A stretch of DNA of 64,000 nt from Minisyncoccota bacterium (GCA_041688155.1 JBDNIW010000014.1:9517-73516), one strand, 5' to 3'. Counted from the stretch's first letter, positions 10,247 to 20,770 are shown. The notes: generated from the sequence alone by a model not told the origin. Translations and numbers: made by a program.

Positions 10247-11350
10247 ATGTACAAGCTGCTCCTGGTCCTACCTGCTCTAGTTTTCTTTGTGGCTACTAGT
10301 GTTGAGGCTAATGTCATTGTTCGAACGTCTGATCAATTGGAGGTGGCTGAGGGCGACATTGTGGATGGAGAGTTGGTGGCAGTTGGGTTGCCGGTAGTAT
10401 TGTCTAACAACGTCGCAGAAGATGCGACACTACTTGGGAATCGAGTGAAGGTGAATGGTCTGATTGGTGGTGACCTGTTGGCGGCTGGATTTTTTGTTGA
10501 TGTGAATGCGGCGGTGGCGGACGATGTGCGGATTGTTGGTGGGGAGATTTCTATTGCTGACGCGATTGGTGGTGATTTGATTGTGTTGGGTGGGACGGTT
10601 GATATCTTGTCGACCGCTGCAGTGTCGGGTGATGTGGTGGTGTACGGCGGAACGGTGAATGTGGCGGGAAGTGTCGGAGGCGATATTGTTGGAGTGATGG
10701 AAAATCTGCAAGTTAACGGGTCAGTTGGTGGCGGAATTGATGTCTATGTGACTAATTTTTCACTTGGAGAGCGGGCGTCGGTGACCGCTGCGATTGAGTA
10801 CACTAGCTACAATTTGTTGAAACAATCACTCAATGCCACTGTAGCTGGAGACATCGTCCGGAGTGATCCATTACTCCTGCAAGAATCTGGCTTGCCTCGG
10901 ATGACATTGATGATTTTTCTAGTTGGTTTGTTTTCATCCCTACTCTGGTACTTGGTCTCACGCAAATCACTCACAGCGGTCACTAGCCAGAGTCTAGCCC
11001 ACGTGCTACGCAGTGCTTTTATTGGCTGTTTGGTACCGGTTCTACTACTGCTTGTGGTCGCCGTATTGTTTATTAGTCAGCTGGGGATGTATGTCAGTTT
11101 CGTATTGTTCTTTGGGTTGTTGACAGCTGGGTTGTTAGCTGGGGCAGCGGCACCGGCGGTTGTGGGTCAGTTGGCACTGCGACCACTGCAACAACCAGTA
11201 ACTGATGGTCCGTTGCCGGTTGTGCTTGGGGTGCTGATTTTGACTATTTGTGCCCTGGTGCCGGTAGTCGGTGGGTATCTGCTGGCGGCGGCGTTTGTGG
11301 TCACGCTCGGTGGCTTACTCGAGGCTCTGGTCCAAGCTAACCGCCACTAG
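10247..11350 (+). CDS. Bactofilin-like (polymer-forming) beta-helix membrane protein
   Basis: Signal peptide, repeated V.GD(L/V).V.GG.V beta-helix units, C-terminal TM bundle. Confidence 0.75.
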   Translation: MYKLLLVLPALVFFVATSVEANVIVRTSDQLEVAEGDIVDGELVAVGLPVVLSNNVAEDATLLGNRVKVNGLIGGDLLAAGFFVDVNAAVADDVRIVGGEISIADAIGGDLIVLGGTVDILSTAAVSGDVVVYGGTVNVAGSVGGDIVGVMENLQVNGSVGGGIDVYVTNFSLGERASVTAAIEYTSYNLLKQSLNATVAGDIVRSDPLLLQESGLPRMTLMIFLVGLFSSLLWYLVSRKSLTAVTSQSLAHVLRSAFIGCLVPVLLLLVVAVLFISQLGMYVSFVLFFGLLTAGLLAGAAAPAVVGQLALRPLQQPVTDGPLPVVLGVLILTICALVPVVGGYLLAAAFVVTLGGLLEALVQANRH

Positions 11351-11351
11351 T

Positions 11352-11936
11352 ATGTGGTGGCCATCATTTGTGGCGGTGGTGCTGGATTTATTTGGGTTTT
11401 GTTTCTCTGCTGCGCGGCCGATGGTGACTGTGCCGCTTACCAACCAACTGACTGTGGTTCCACGTACGCCCAACCTCATGGTGCGGGTGACTACGCCGGG
11501 TCTGCTGGTCTCGGGCGAGCGCTATGACGTGAATCATGCACAGACCAAAGAAATCCGGACTGCTCTAGCGCGTTACGACGAACACTTAGTTCAAAAATCA
11601 ACTCTTACGCTGCGCGAATGGTTGCTGTGTGTGGTGCATTTCAAACGGCAGTCAGTACCACTATTGGCGCTGCAGATGACCCCCCTCGGTAGCTGGCACC
11701 GCACCCTCAAAGGTCTGTCTGGGATAAGTGTCGGCATTACTCCGTACACTGGTGCCATAATGGAGTGGGGGAGTGACCCCCAAACCGGCAATACCGCCCT
11801 GGTGCTCGAAGTCAGTCCGGAAGAAATCATTACCATTGGTGAACTCGGTGCCGCTGAGCCGGGCATCTACACAAAACGCGGGTTGCCAAAGCAAACTTGG
11901 CTCGAGTTGCGCCCGGTGTTTACCACTCTGCAGTGA
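11352..11936 (+). CDS. Hypothetical protein with N-terminal hydrophobic segment
   Basis: ORF starts 1 nt after the upstream stop; no recognised motif. Confidence 0.55.
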   Translation: MWWPSFVAVVLDLFGFCFSAARPMVTVPLTNQLTVVPRTPNLMVRVTTPGLLVSGERYDVNHAQTKEIRTALARYDEHLVQKSTLTLREWLLCVVHFKRQSVPLLALQMTPLGSWHRTLKGLSGISVGITPYTGAIMEWGSDPQTGNTALVLEVSPEEIITIGELGAAEPGIYTKRGLPKQTWLELRPVFTTLQ

Positions 11937-11956
11937 TAGTTTGCTACACTACTGTC

Positions 11957-12104
11957 ATGCAAAAACCAGTAGCATTTTTTAAATGAACAAATACTTGAAG
12001 AGTATATTGTGAATTTAGATCCGAATCTTCTCTTTCCTAAAGAAGATTCCTGGATCACTTACTATTTTGATACAAATTACTATGCAAAAACCAGTAGCAT
12101 TTTT
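11957..12104 (+). repeat. 23-bp direct repeat ATGCAAAAACCAGTAGCATTTTT at 11957 and 12082 around a ~100-bp AT-rich insert
   Basis: Read directly; the first copy has T6, the second T5. Confidence 0.9.
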
Positions 12105-12770
12105 GATATAGACGGCACCCTCTTTCGCTCTAGCCTACTGATTGAACTAGTCGAGGAGTTGGTTGGTACTGGTGTGTTTCCGGCCGCCGCACAGGTAGGT
12201 TACACCGCCGCTCACGCTGCTTGGCAGGCGCGCGAGGGCACCTATGAAGCGTACATTGCAGCGGTGATTGATACGTTTTTAACTCACCTCAAAGGCGTGC
12301 ATTATGGCGCGCTGGCAGACGTCGGCCGACGACTAGTGGCGGTCAAATCCAAGCGTGTCAATCGGTTTACTCGTGACTATGTGCGTGAACTCAAGGCTGA
12401 AGGATACATGTTGATCGCGATTTCACAGTCACCCAAGACAATTCTGGATGAATTTTGTCGCCAGTACGGCTTCGATAAAGTTTACGGACGAATGTATGAA
12501 ATCGGTCCAAGTGATTGTTTTACCGGTGCAGTGATTGATGAGTATCTCATCGAGAACAAAGCCAATATCGTCAAACGGGTGTTTGACCGGTATCCCGAAC
12601 TGACGCGTGAGGGTTCGATTGCGGTTGGTGACACCGATGGCGATATTTCGCTGCTGGAAATGGTTGATCGTCCGATTTGTTTTAACCCTAACCAAGCACT
12701 ACTTGACCACGCAAAGCGCCAAGGCTGGGAGGTTGTGGTGGAGCGCAAGGATGTGGTCTATCGGTTGTAG
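11957..12770 (+). CDS. HAD-IB (SerB-like) phosphatase with disrupted/duplicated 5' end; possible pseudogene
   Basis: FDIDGT, ISQSP, K, AVGDTDGD, NP motifs; the natural start MQKPVAF occurs twice and both copies are out of frame with the body. Confidence 0.75.
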
Positions 12771-12807
12771 TGCTTGCAGTGCAACCGATTTACGCTACTA
12801 TTACTGT

Positions 12808-13029
12808 ATGAAGAAAAAAATGACCCTACATACCCAAGATAAAATGGTCGCCGGGGTGTTGTCAGGGATAGCAGACTATTTTGATGTGGATGTGGCCTTG
12901 GTTCGCTTGATTGGGGTGGCGACTATGATACTCACGGTCTTTTTCCCGTTTGCGTTGTTTTATATATGTGCATGGATAATTCTGCCACAGGATACTGCGG
13001 TCGAACCTAATTATAAGATCATTGACTAG
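12808..13029 (+). CDS. pspC: PspC-domain protein
   Basis: DKMVAGVLSGIADYFDVDVALVRL...YI.AWIILP. Confidence 0.85.
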   Translation: MKKKMTLHTQDKMVAGVLSGIADYFDVDVALVRLIGVATMILTVFFPFALFYICAWIILPQDTAVEPNYKIID

Positions 13030-13031
13030 TT

Positions 13032-14408
13032 ATGGTTGATGCCAGGCGAGTGCAGGTCAAAAATAAACACACCGCCACCGACGGTCCGGTGGTGTATGTG
13101 ATGGCACGTGAGCAGCGGGTGCAGGACAACTGGGCGTTGTTGTACGCGCAAGAACAAGCCGTCGAGCGTAGTGTGCCTCTATGCGTGCTGTTCGCGCTCG
13201 GGCCGATGTTTGTGAGCGGTACAGCTAGGCATAATGCCTGGATGGTGGCCTCGCTCAAGGAAGTGCAGGTAGACCTTAAGGTACACAATATCCCACTTTA
13301 TATTGAGATAGGGGAGTGGGCTGACATTATTCCCACGTTTGTTACTACCCACCAAGTCGGTGAGCTGGTGTTTGATTTCAACCCATTACAGCCCGTACGT
13401 AGCTGGCGTGATGCAGTGGTTAATCAGGTCGACTGCAAAGTGGTCGAAGTCGACGCGCGCAACATCGTACCCGTTTGGCAAGCCTCAGACAAACTAGAGT
13501 ACGCCGCCTACACCATCAGACCCAAAATCACCCGACAGTTAGGTGAATTTCTCACCCCCATCCCCGAGTTACAAACCCAGTCAAAATCATTAGCAAAAAC
13601 CCTACCAAATACTCCAATCGATTGGAGTACTGTTGCGTCGTTTCGGACGTTTGCGGTTGACGCCGTGTTGCCTGATAGGTTTACCCCAGGCGCCGCAGCT
13701 GGCCAAGCGATGTTGCAGGATTTTATTGACCACCGCTTGGTCGGGTATAGTGAGGCACGTAATGATCCTAACGGTGACGGTGTCTCACACCTATCACCCT
13801 ACTTGCGCTGGGGAAATATCAGCGCGCAAAGGGTGGCTCTGCGGGTCAAGCAGGCTGCGGTGTCAGATGAGGATAAAGCTGCGTTCCTTGAAGAGTTGAT
13901 TGTTAGGCGTGAGTTGTCTGACAACTACGTGTATCACACGCCTGACTATGATCAGGTGACCGGCGCGCACGCCTGGGCGCAAAAAACTATCGCCGAGCAC
14001 GTCGACGATAAACGGGACTATTTATATACCCTTGAACAATTGGAGCGAGCCCAGACTCACGACGACCTCTGGAACGCCGCGCAATTACAGATGGTAACCG
14101 AGGGCAAAATGCACGGCTACCTGCGGATGTACTGGGCCAAAAAAATCTTGGAATGGACGCAAAGTAACCAGGAAGCGATTGATTTTGCCCTGACGCTAAA
14201 CGACCGCTATAACCTTGATGGGCGCGACAGCAACGGCGTGACGGGCGTTATGTGGTCCATCTGTGGCGTGCATGACCGCGCCTGGACCGAGCGTGCAGTG
14301 TTTGGCAAAATCCGCTACATGAACTATAACGGCTGCAAACGAAAGTTCGACGTCAAAGCGTACGTAGCCAAATACACCGTTGATCAAGAATCAATGTTTG
14401 ATGACTAA
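13032..14408 (+). CDS. phr: Class II CPD DNA photolyase
   Basis: R.QDNWAL, LSPYLRWG, EELIVRRELSDN, GKMHGYLRMYWAKKILEW, DGRDSNG. Confidence 0.95.
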   Translation: MVDARRVQVKNKHTATDGPVVYVMAREQRVQDNWALLYAQEQAVERSVPLCVLFALGPMFVSGTARHNAWMVASLKEVQVDLKVHNIPLYIEIGEWADIIPTFVTTHQVGELVFDFNPLQPVRSWRDAVVNQVDCKVVEVDARNIVPVWQASDKLEYAAYTIRPKITRQLGEFLTPIPELQTQSKSLAKTLPNTPIDWSTVASFRTFAVDAVLPDRFTPGAAAGQAMLQDFIDHRLVGYSEARNDPNGDGVSHLSPYLRWGNISAQRVALRVKQAAVSDEDKAAFLEELIVRRELSDNYVYHTPDYDQVTGAHAWAQKTIAEHVDDKRDYLYTLEQLERAQTHDDLWNAAQLQMVTEGKMHGYLRMYWAKKILEWTQSNQEAIDFALTLNDRYNLDGRDSNGVTGVMWSICGVHDRAWTERAVFGKIRYMNYNGCKRKFDVKAYVAKYTVDQESMFDD

Positions 14409-15213
14409 AAAAGAACGAGACTTTCAGGCATTTGTACTTGATTGGTATGAGAAATGTGGACGACATGAGCTGCCTTGGCGGCGAGATCATGATCCGTACA
14501 AAATCCTGGTGTCGGAGCTGATGTTGCAGCAAACCCAGGTGCAGCGGGTAGTTCCTAAATACGAAGCGTTTATCAAGCAGTACCCAACGGTACAAAAACT
14601 CGCCCAAGCCTCGCTGGGTGACGTATTACGTTTGTGGCAAGGACTTGGGTACAATCGTCGAGCGAAATATCTCTGCCAAACCGCCGTGTGTATCATACAT
14701 GATACACACGGTGAATGGCCGCAGACGCTGGTTGGACTACAGGCGTTGCCGGGGGTTGGGCCGTATACTGCGGCTGCTATCTGCGCGTTTGCCTACAACC
14801 AACCAGTCGAACTGATTGAGACCAACGTTCGTCAGGTCTACATTCATCATTTTTTTAAGCTTCAGGTAGAGGTGACTGACCGAGAAATACTAGAGCAAGT
14901 ACGCCGTACTGTACCAGAGGGACAGTCACGCCAGTGGTACGCCGCCCTCATGGATTACGGCACCCACCTCAAATCACTCCATGGCAACAATACCAGAGTA
15001 GTCAAAGGCTACACCAAACAATCCAAATTCAAAGGCAGCAACCGAGAAGTCCGCGGTGCAATTTTGCGGGCGCTGACAACACAACTGCTGACCAAAACCC
15101 AGCTCTGGGCAGAGCTAGGGCAGTACGATCAAAGTAAAATCCAACCGCAGTTAGAGGTGTTGCTAGGAGACAGCATGATTATTTTGAAACAGCGTAAGTT
15201 CCAGTTGCCATAG
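14401..15213 (+). CDS. mutY: A/G-specific adenine glycosylase (HhH-GPD), short FeS-less form
   Basis: LPWR...PY.ILVSELMLQQTQV, WQGLGYNRRA, LPGVGPYTA; no C-terminal Cys cluster. Confidence 0.85.
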   Translation: MTKKERDFQAFVLDWYEKCGRHELPWRRDHDPYKILVSELMLQQTQVQRVVPKYEAFIKQYPTVQKLAQASLGDVLRLWQGLGYNRRAKYLCQTAVCIIHDTHGEWPQTLVGLQALPGVGPYTAAAICAFAYNQPVELIETNVRQVYIHHFFKLQVEVTDREILEQVRRTVPEGQSRQWYAALMDYGTHLKSLHGNNTRVVKGYTKQSKFKGSNREVRGAILRALTTQLLTKTQLWAELGQYDQSKIQPQLEVLLGDSMIILKQRKFQLP

Positions 15214-16413
15214 CTATCTCGTATCCTGGATATACATGGCGCAGAACATTGCTGGGACCATCAGCGCGGCGAACACTACAAATAGTAGGTTGAACGGGAC
15301 AAATAGCAGTGACAGACTGGCTACGATAGCCCCCAGCACATAGGCTAATGGTCTGGTGATGCGGAAGAAACTGATGATTTGAGCGTCGGAGGATTTGGTT
15401 TGTTTGAAGAAGTAGCTTTCGGTGGTGACTTCAACCAGCGCTGCACCAATCCTCGTGGTGAACATAATCACTGCCCAGACCGTAACGCTGGCGACCGTCA
15501 CAAACGACATCCACGACGTCGCAATGATGATGATAAGGAACCCAGCCGCCATCATTTCTTTTTCGCCGATGTAGCGGTCGGCTACGATGCCGATTGGGTA
15601 TTCAAGAATCACGTACGCCAGCTGCGCAAAGAATATGACAATCCCAAATTCGGCCCAAGTCAGCCCAATCGTACCGGTCAGGTATAGCGGCGTGTAGACC
15701 ACCATCATCATAAAGAACATCTGCAGGAGAAAATGAGCGATAAACACGCTGCGGATATTGATGTTGATCCAGAAGGTACGGATGGCAGAGAAGAGATCAA
15801 TGGTGTTGTATTGCGGGTCAGAAAAGGTGCGGAAGAATAGTAGTAGGATGAGCATGACTGGGATCAGTGTCAGTGCACTGACAACGTACGCAGTGGAGAA
15901 GTCATTACCTCCCTGCGTAATCAACTGCCCACTGATCAGTGGTGAGAGTGCCCCGACCAAGCTGGCGAGCGTCAGGAGCAGACCGCGACTAGTCCCAGTC
16001 CCACTCTCGTCGTTACCAATACGCTCCTCCATAAATACATCGAGGTTGAAGATTATGAGTGGTACTGTAATCAGGTGGATGATAAATAACGGAATAGCAA
16101 ACTCGAGCGTGGTTGCTTGTGACATCCCTAGCACGGCCACAAAGTTAGTCGCGAGCAGACCAATAGTCAACTTGAAGTTGCCCAACTGGCACAGCACGCG
16201 CGAGACAAACAGAAATATCAGGACACTTAAGGTTGACCCAATGGTATAGATAGTCCCTACGCTCGCGGCATCAATGAATTGTTCCAAGAACGACGAGTTA
16301 ATGTACGCAATCAAAAATGCGTGAAATACCAATAACAGGATGGCAGCATAAATTGGGATCAGTTTACGCTTGGCTCGACGGCGCATAATTGGACTGTGGG
16401 AGGCGCGCGGCAT
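15214..16413 (-). CDS. MFS transporter
   Basis: About 12 TM helices, G..ADRYIGEK motif. Confidence 0.85.
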   Translation of the reverse strand: MPRASHSPIMRRRAKRKLIPIYAAILLLVFHAFLIAYINSSFLEQFIDAASVGTIYTIGSTLSVLIFLFVSRVLCQLGNFKLTIGLLATNFVAVLGMSQATTLEFAIPLFIIHLITVPLIIFNLDVFMEERIGNDESGTGTSRGLLLTLASLVGALSPLISGQLITQGGNDFSTAYVVSALTLIPVMLILLLFFRTFSDPQYNTIDLFSAIRTFWININIRSVFIAHFLLQMFFMMMVVYTPLYLTGTIGLTWAEFGIVIFFAQLAYVILEYPIGIVADRYIGEKEMMAAGFLIIIIATSWMSFVTVASVTVWAVIMFTTRIGAALVEVTTESYFFKQTKSSDAQIISFFRITRPLAYVLGAIVASLSLLFVPFNLLFVVFAALMVPAMFCAMYIQDTR

Positions 16414-16454
16414 ATGTGGTTAGTATACGCCGTAGGAGTGGGAATTTTTTGAGC

Positions 16455-16494
16455 TATAAACAAAGCAGCGCCGATAGGCGCTGCTTTGTTTATA
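16455..16494. terminator. Intrinsic terminator of rnj (symmetric hairpin)
   Basis: TATAAACAAAGCAGCGCC-GATA-GGCGCTGCTTTGTTTATA. Confidence 0.8.
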
Positions 16495-16527
16495 TGGGTT
16501 CAATCCGTAGGCTAGGATTTACTCACT

Positions 16528-18600
16528 CTATATACCGATCAGCACTGGGATCACCATTGGATTTTTGGAGGTTTTTTGCATCAGGAAACCTGACAGTTGG
16601 TTCATGACTTCTTCTTTGGCAATCTCTAGGTCGATCGGGTGCTGGCCTTCGGTGTTTTTCTCGATGGTTCGCTTGACAAGGACTCGGGCTTCGCTCAAGA
16701 GTTGCTGGTTCTCGCGGAGGTAGACGAACCCACGGGAGATGATATCTGGGGATTTGCGCAGCTTGCCGGTCTTGCTGTTGACAGTGGCGATAACTACGAA
16801 CATTCCGTCTTCGGACAAACTCTTACGATCACGCAGGACCACTTCCTGGCGGGTTCCAACGGTGAATCCATCTACCATGAGTTGGTCATTTGGGATGGTC
16901 ATTGGTAGACGCTGCATTTGGGTACCGTTTTTGATATCGATAATGGTACCGGTGTCAGGGATGATCACGTTTTCGCGCGGGAAGCCGTTCTCAACTGCGG
17001 CGTACATGTGGGCTTTAAGGAAGGCGTGGTGACCGTGTACAGGGATGAGGAATTTCGGCTTGACTGCCTTGTGTACCCATACCAGTTCACCAGCGTTACC
17101 GTGGCCAGAGGCATGTACGTGTGAGCCTTGGAAAGAGGTGATGCGGACATTCATGCGAGAGATATTATCGCGCAATTTCTGGACGGAAATCTCGTTACCT
17201 GGAATAACTGATGATGAAAGTACGATGGTGTCCCGCTCAGTCAGCGTGATGAATTTGTGCTGGTTAGTGGCCATGCGCATGAGCGCGGCGAACTCTTCTC
17301 CTTGAGCACCGGTTGAAAGCACGACGATTTTGTCGACGGGGTAGTTTTTGATGTCGTTGCCTTGGATGAACGTTTTGGGGTCGACTTCAATCAGTTTAGC
17401 TAGGATGGCGATTTCGACGTTGGTTTTCATGCTACGACCTTCGAGGACGACTTTTTTGCCAAGCTCCTCACAGACTTTGATGACACTGATCAAACGGTCA
17501 AATTGTGAAGCAAACGTACCAATAATTAAACGGCCTGTCGCTGCCCGGATGATTTCTTCTAGCGTCTCAAATACGCGTGACTCGGCGGCTGAAAATCCAG
17601 CTCGCTCAGCGTTGGTAGAGTCGCATAATAGGGCGAGGTTGTTATTGAGGCCGACTTTCTCCCATGATGAGCGTTCTTCAACCACCACCTCACCGTCTTC
17701 GTGCACTAGTTTGATGTCACCAGTGACGACGACGTCGCCATGCTTGGTTTCTACACCGATTCCCATAGCGTCAGGGATGGAGTGGGTGACAGGGAAGGTC
17801 TTGATCCGAGTGCTGCCGACGGTGAAGGCTTCACCTTCTTTGATGACATGCATATCAACTGGCTCCATGTGTGGGAATTCTTCTTGCCGCTTGAGAATCA
17901 TCAGTGAGGTCAGGTACTGGGTGTAGATTGGTGGGTTACCAATTCGTTCCATAATAAAGGGGATCCCGCCGATGTGGTCGAGGTGGCCGTGGGTCACGAC
18001 GAGCGCCCGAATCTTATGTTTCCGTTCTTCGAGGTACTGGGTGTTAGGTAGGATGTAGTTGATCCCAGGAGCGTTTGATTCTTCTGACACAAACTGGAAT
18101 CCAGCGTCGACCACGATGATGTCGTCTTTGGTTTCGATGATGTTCATGTTGCGTCCGATCTCTTCGACCCCAGACACGGTAATGATGCGGACGGTGTCCT
18201 CGTCGATGATGTCAGGGATTTTGGTGTGGGTTTGTGCTTCTGAGGCACCCATTCGGTGGGTCAGAGCAGGAGCTTTGTCAGATCGGCGCTGCTGGGGGCG
18301 ACGACTACCGCCGCTGCGGCCACGTTTGGGTGCGCCAGCAGCAGCAGCTGAGCCACCTCGTTGTGGGCCTCGTCCAGCTGGACGGGTCCGAGGACCGCTT
18401 TCGGTTCGGCGCGGACGACCACCACCCGGGCGCTGTGAGCTGCCGCGGGGATTGGGATTAGTACGAGCTGGACGGGCTACTTCCACTGGGGCTGAACGTT
18501 CGGCCGCTCGTGGGTTGGCACCGTCTTTGTTGCCAAAGGGGCGGCGCGTTCGTTTTGATTGCGCTCCCTGGTTTGCATGATTGTTGTTTGTTTCGGTCAT
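16528..18600 (-). CDS. rnj: Ribonuclease J with long basic N-terminal extension
   Basis: GVEEIGRNM, THGHLDHIG, HSIPD, HASGH, PVHG motifs. Confidence 0.95.
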   Translation of the reverse strand: MTETNNNHANQGAQSKRTRRPFGNKDGANPRAAERSAPVEVARPARTNPNPRGSSQRPGGGRPRRTESGPRTRPAGRGPQRGGSAAAAGAPKRGRSGGSRRPQQRRSDKAPALTHRMGASEAQTHTKIPDIIDEDTVRIITVSGVEEIGRNMNIIETKDDIIVVDAGFQFVSEESNAPGINYILPNTQYLEERKHKIRALVVTHGHLDHIGGIPFIMERIGNPPIYTQYLTSLMILKRQEEFPHMEPVDMHVIKEGEAFTVGSTRIKTFPVTHSIPDAMGIGVETKHGDVVVTGDIKLVHEDGEVVVEERSSWEKVGLNNNLALLCDSTNAERAGFSAAESRVFETLEEIIRAATGRLIIGTFASQFDRLISVIKVCEELGKKVVLEGRSMKTNVEIAILAKLIEVDPKTFIQGNDIKNYPVDKIVVLSTGAQGEEFAALMRMATNQHKFITLTERDTIVLSSSVIPGNEISVQKLRDNISRMNVRITSFQGSHVHASGHGNAGELVWVHKAVKPKFLIPVHGHHAFLKAHMYAAVENGFPRENVIIPDTGTIIDIKNGTQMQRLPMTIPNDQLMVDGFTVGTRQEVVLRDRKSLSEDGMFVVIATVNSKTGKLRKSPDIISRGFVYLRENQQLLSEARVLVKRTIEKNTEGQHPIDLEIAKEEVMNQLSGFLMQKTSKNPMVIPVLIGI

Positions 18601-18639
18601 ATGTATTGTTAGTTAATTAATTTGTTTACAATATAAAAA

Positions 18640-20379
18640 TTATTGATTGTCGGGGCTGGTCTGAAAAAATGGCCAGAGGTCACTGGTGCTCGTGTTCCAG
18701 ATAGCGATGTTGCTAAAACGATCAGCGGGACGTCCCATCTGTTGCATCGGTGCAGTTTGGATTGAGCGGTTAACTACGTAGGCATTGGTTGGTTGGAACA
18801 AAAATATCGCTGGGCGTTCGGCCCGGATAATCGTGAGCGCACTGCCGATAGCTGCCATGCGATCTGGTTCGTTTTGGCTTACACGTGCAGTTTCCAGGTA
18901 GTCGTCGACAGTCAGGTTGGCGTACTGCGTGATGTTTAGTCCAGGGTCGTTTTGTTGCGACGAGTGCCAGAACGGAAACAAGTCACGTGAGCGACTAACG
19001 TCGAGACCAAACAGCAGTACTGAAAAATCTCGCGGTCGGATGACAGACTGGATGAGGTCTGTCTGTTCGTATTGCTCAGTTAAAACTGTCACCCCTAATT
19101 CTCGCCAGGCGGCAGTCACTGCCTCAAGGGTAGCTTCTAGGGTTGGGTTGTTGGCGGTGCGGATCGTGACCGTTAGGTCAATGGTTGAATCGTCTATCTC
19201 TTTTTCCCAGGTTCCAATAGAGGTGAGGGACCAGTCGGCGTCCTCAAGGATTGACCGGGCGGTTTCAAGTCGTTGCGTATCGGTCAAGTTACTGGTCGAT
19301 GCGACGTCAGTAGATTGTACCGCACTTGTGCTGCTCACAACAGATTCTGGGCTGGGGATGCCGCTGCCACTAATTGCTTGGTCAATGATAGCTTGGCGAT
19401 CAAGGACGAGTTCAAGTGCTTCACGTACGGCGCTGTCACGCAACGCAACTGAGCGGTTTTGGTTAAAGAATAAACCAAAAGTGCGCGGCAAGGGTGTATT
19501 GATAGTAGCGAACACTTCAGGGTCAATTGTCCCGAGCTGTTCTGGCGGGATGTGCGAGGTGGCGTCGATAGTGCCTTGCGTCAATGCCTCACCCAGAGCT
19601 AGTTCTGTTCCGAAAAACTTCAGGGTAATCTCAGCAATCAATGGGTTCTGGTAATGGTCAGGCGCTGCCGTCAGGCTGTACGAATCAACCGTACCACTGC
19701 TTGAGAACGCTGCACTTTTGACCATATAGGGACCGCTGCCAATTGGGGTGGTGTTGTATTCACTAAATGGCACCTGAGCGATGGGAATAGTCCGCCAAAT
19801 GTGCGCTGGCAAAATGCCTAACGTAAAATTCTCAATAAACGGAGCGTACGGTTCAGAAAGCGAAATAAGCAGCGTCTCCTGATCGACCGCCTCTACTACC
19901 ACGTCATTCCAGTTGCCGCGAAAGGGACTTTTGAGGTCGGCGTTTTGGGCTAGTCCAATGGTAAACAAAACGTCGTTCGCGGTCAGCTGCACGCCGTCGT
20001 GGAATTGAACGTCGGTCCGGAGGATGATGGTGTAGGTGGTACCATCATCTGATACAGCGATAGACTCGGCAACGTCAGGAACAAGTGTGCCGTCGGGGGC
20101 TATTTTCATTAGTCCACTATAAACGAGTGTGGTGACGTCTTGGTCGGCTCGGGTGATGGCGAGTACGGGGTTAGCAAACCGCGGTGTCCCCAGGATTCCC
20201 TCGGTAAAGCTCCCACCAGCAGATACCCCAGGTACTGACACGAGCTGGTTTATAGCTAAAACAAACCCCACCAACGCAATCATAGTGATAGCGAGTAAAA
20301 CCCGCAATAGCCACCGATCACTTGTTCGTGCGGTTTCAATGATAGAAATAATACGGGAAATAGAAAAAAAGCGAGTCAT
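18640..20379 (-). CDS. Family 5 (peptide) ABC substrate-binding protein
   Basis: LVYSGL...PD.AES, FHDG..LTA.DV.FT, PIGSGPY. Confidence 0.9.
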   Translation of the reverse strand: MTRFFSISRIISIIETARTSDRWLLRVLLAITMIALVGFVLAINQLVSVPGVSAGGSFTEGILGTPRFANPVLAITRADQDVTTLVYSGLMKIAPDGTLVPDVAESIAVSDDGTTYTIILRTDVQFHDGVQLTANDVLFTIGLAQNADLKSPFRGNWNDVVVEAVDQETLLISLSEPYAPFIENFTLGILPAHIWRTIPIAQVPFSEYNTTPIGSGPYMVKSAAFSSSGTVDSYSLTAAPDHYQNPLIAEITLKFFGTELALGEALTQGTIDATSHIPPEQLGTIDPEVFATINTPLPRTFGLFFNQNRSVALRDSAVREALELVLDRQAIIDQAISGSGIPSPESVVSSTSAVQSTDVASTSNLTDTQRLETARSILEDADWSLTSIGTWEKEIDDSTIDLTVTIRTANNPTLEATLEAVTAAWRELGVTVLTEQYEQTDLIQSVIRPRDFSVLLFGLDVSRSRDLFPFWHSSQQNDPGLNITQYANLTVDDYLETARVSQNEPDRMAAIGSALTIIRAERPAIFLFQPTNAYVVNRSIQTAPMQQMGRPADRFSNIAIWNTSTSDLWPFFQTSPDNQ

Positions 20380-20432
20380 GGAGAGTGAGCAGGCCGCACA
20401 AAGCGAGCCGCGATAGCCAGATCAGTCTGTCC

Positions 20433-20672
20433 TTAGAGCAGGATATTCAAAAACGTAGAAAATACGAAAAGGATACCAATCACGATTGAAAATCGAAACA
20501 AGAATTCTTCCGCACCACGTCGTTTGTTGAACGCTGAGCTAAAGTTATCTCCACCAAACGCACCGCCGAGACTCGATCCTCGCTGTTGCAGCAAGATCGA
20601 CGCGACGAGTAGAATGGAGAGAGTAATCTGAATGTAGGGCAGTACCGATAGTACCGTATCAATAAGATTCAT
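20433..20672 (-). CDS. secG: Preprotein translocase subunit SecG
   Basis: ILLQQRGSSLGGAFGG...RRG.E..L. Confidence 0.9.
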   Translation of the reverse strand: MNLIDTVLSVLPYIQITLSILLVASILLQQRGSSLGGAFGGDNFSSAFNKRRGAEEFLFRFSIVIGILFVFSTFLNILL

Positions 20673-20770
20673 GCGTAGACAAGTGTATCAGAAGGAAATC
20701 TGGCTGGCAAGAGGTTGCGCGCGCTGTGGTGGTTATTGTCAGGGGTTGGAGAAGAGTGAGGAATAGTGTG

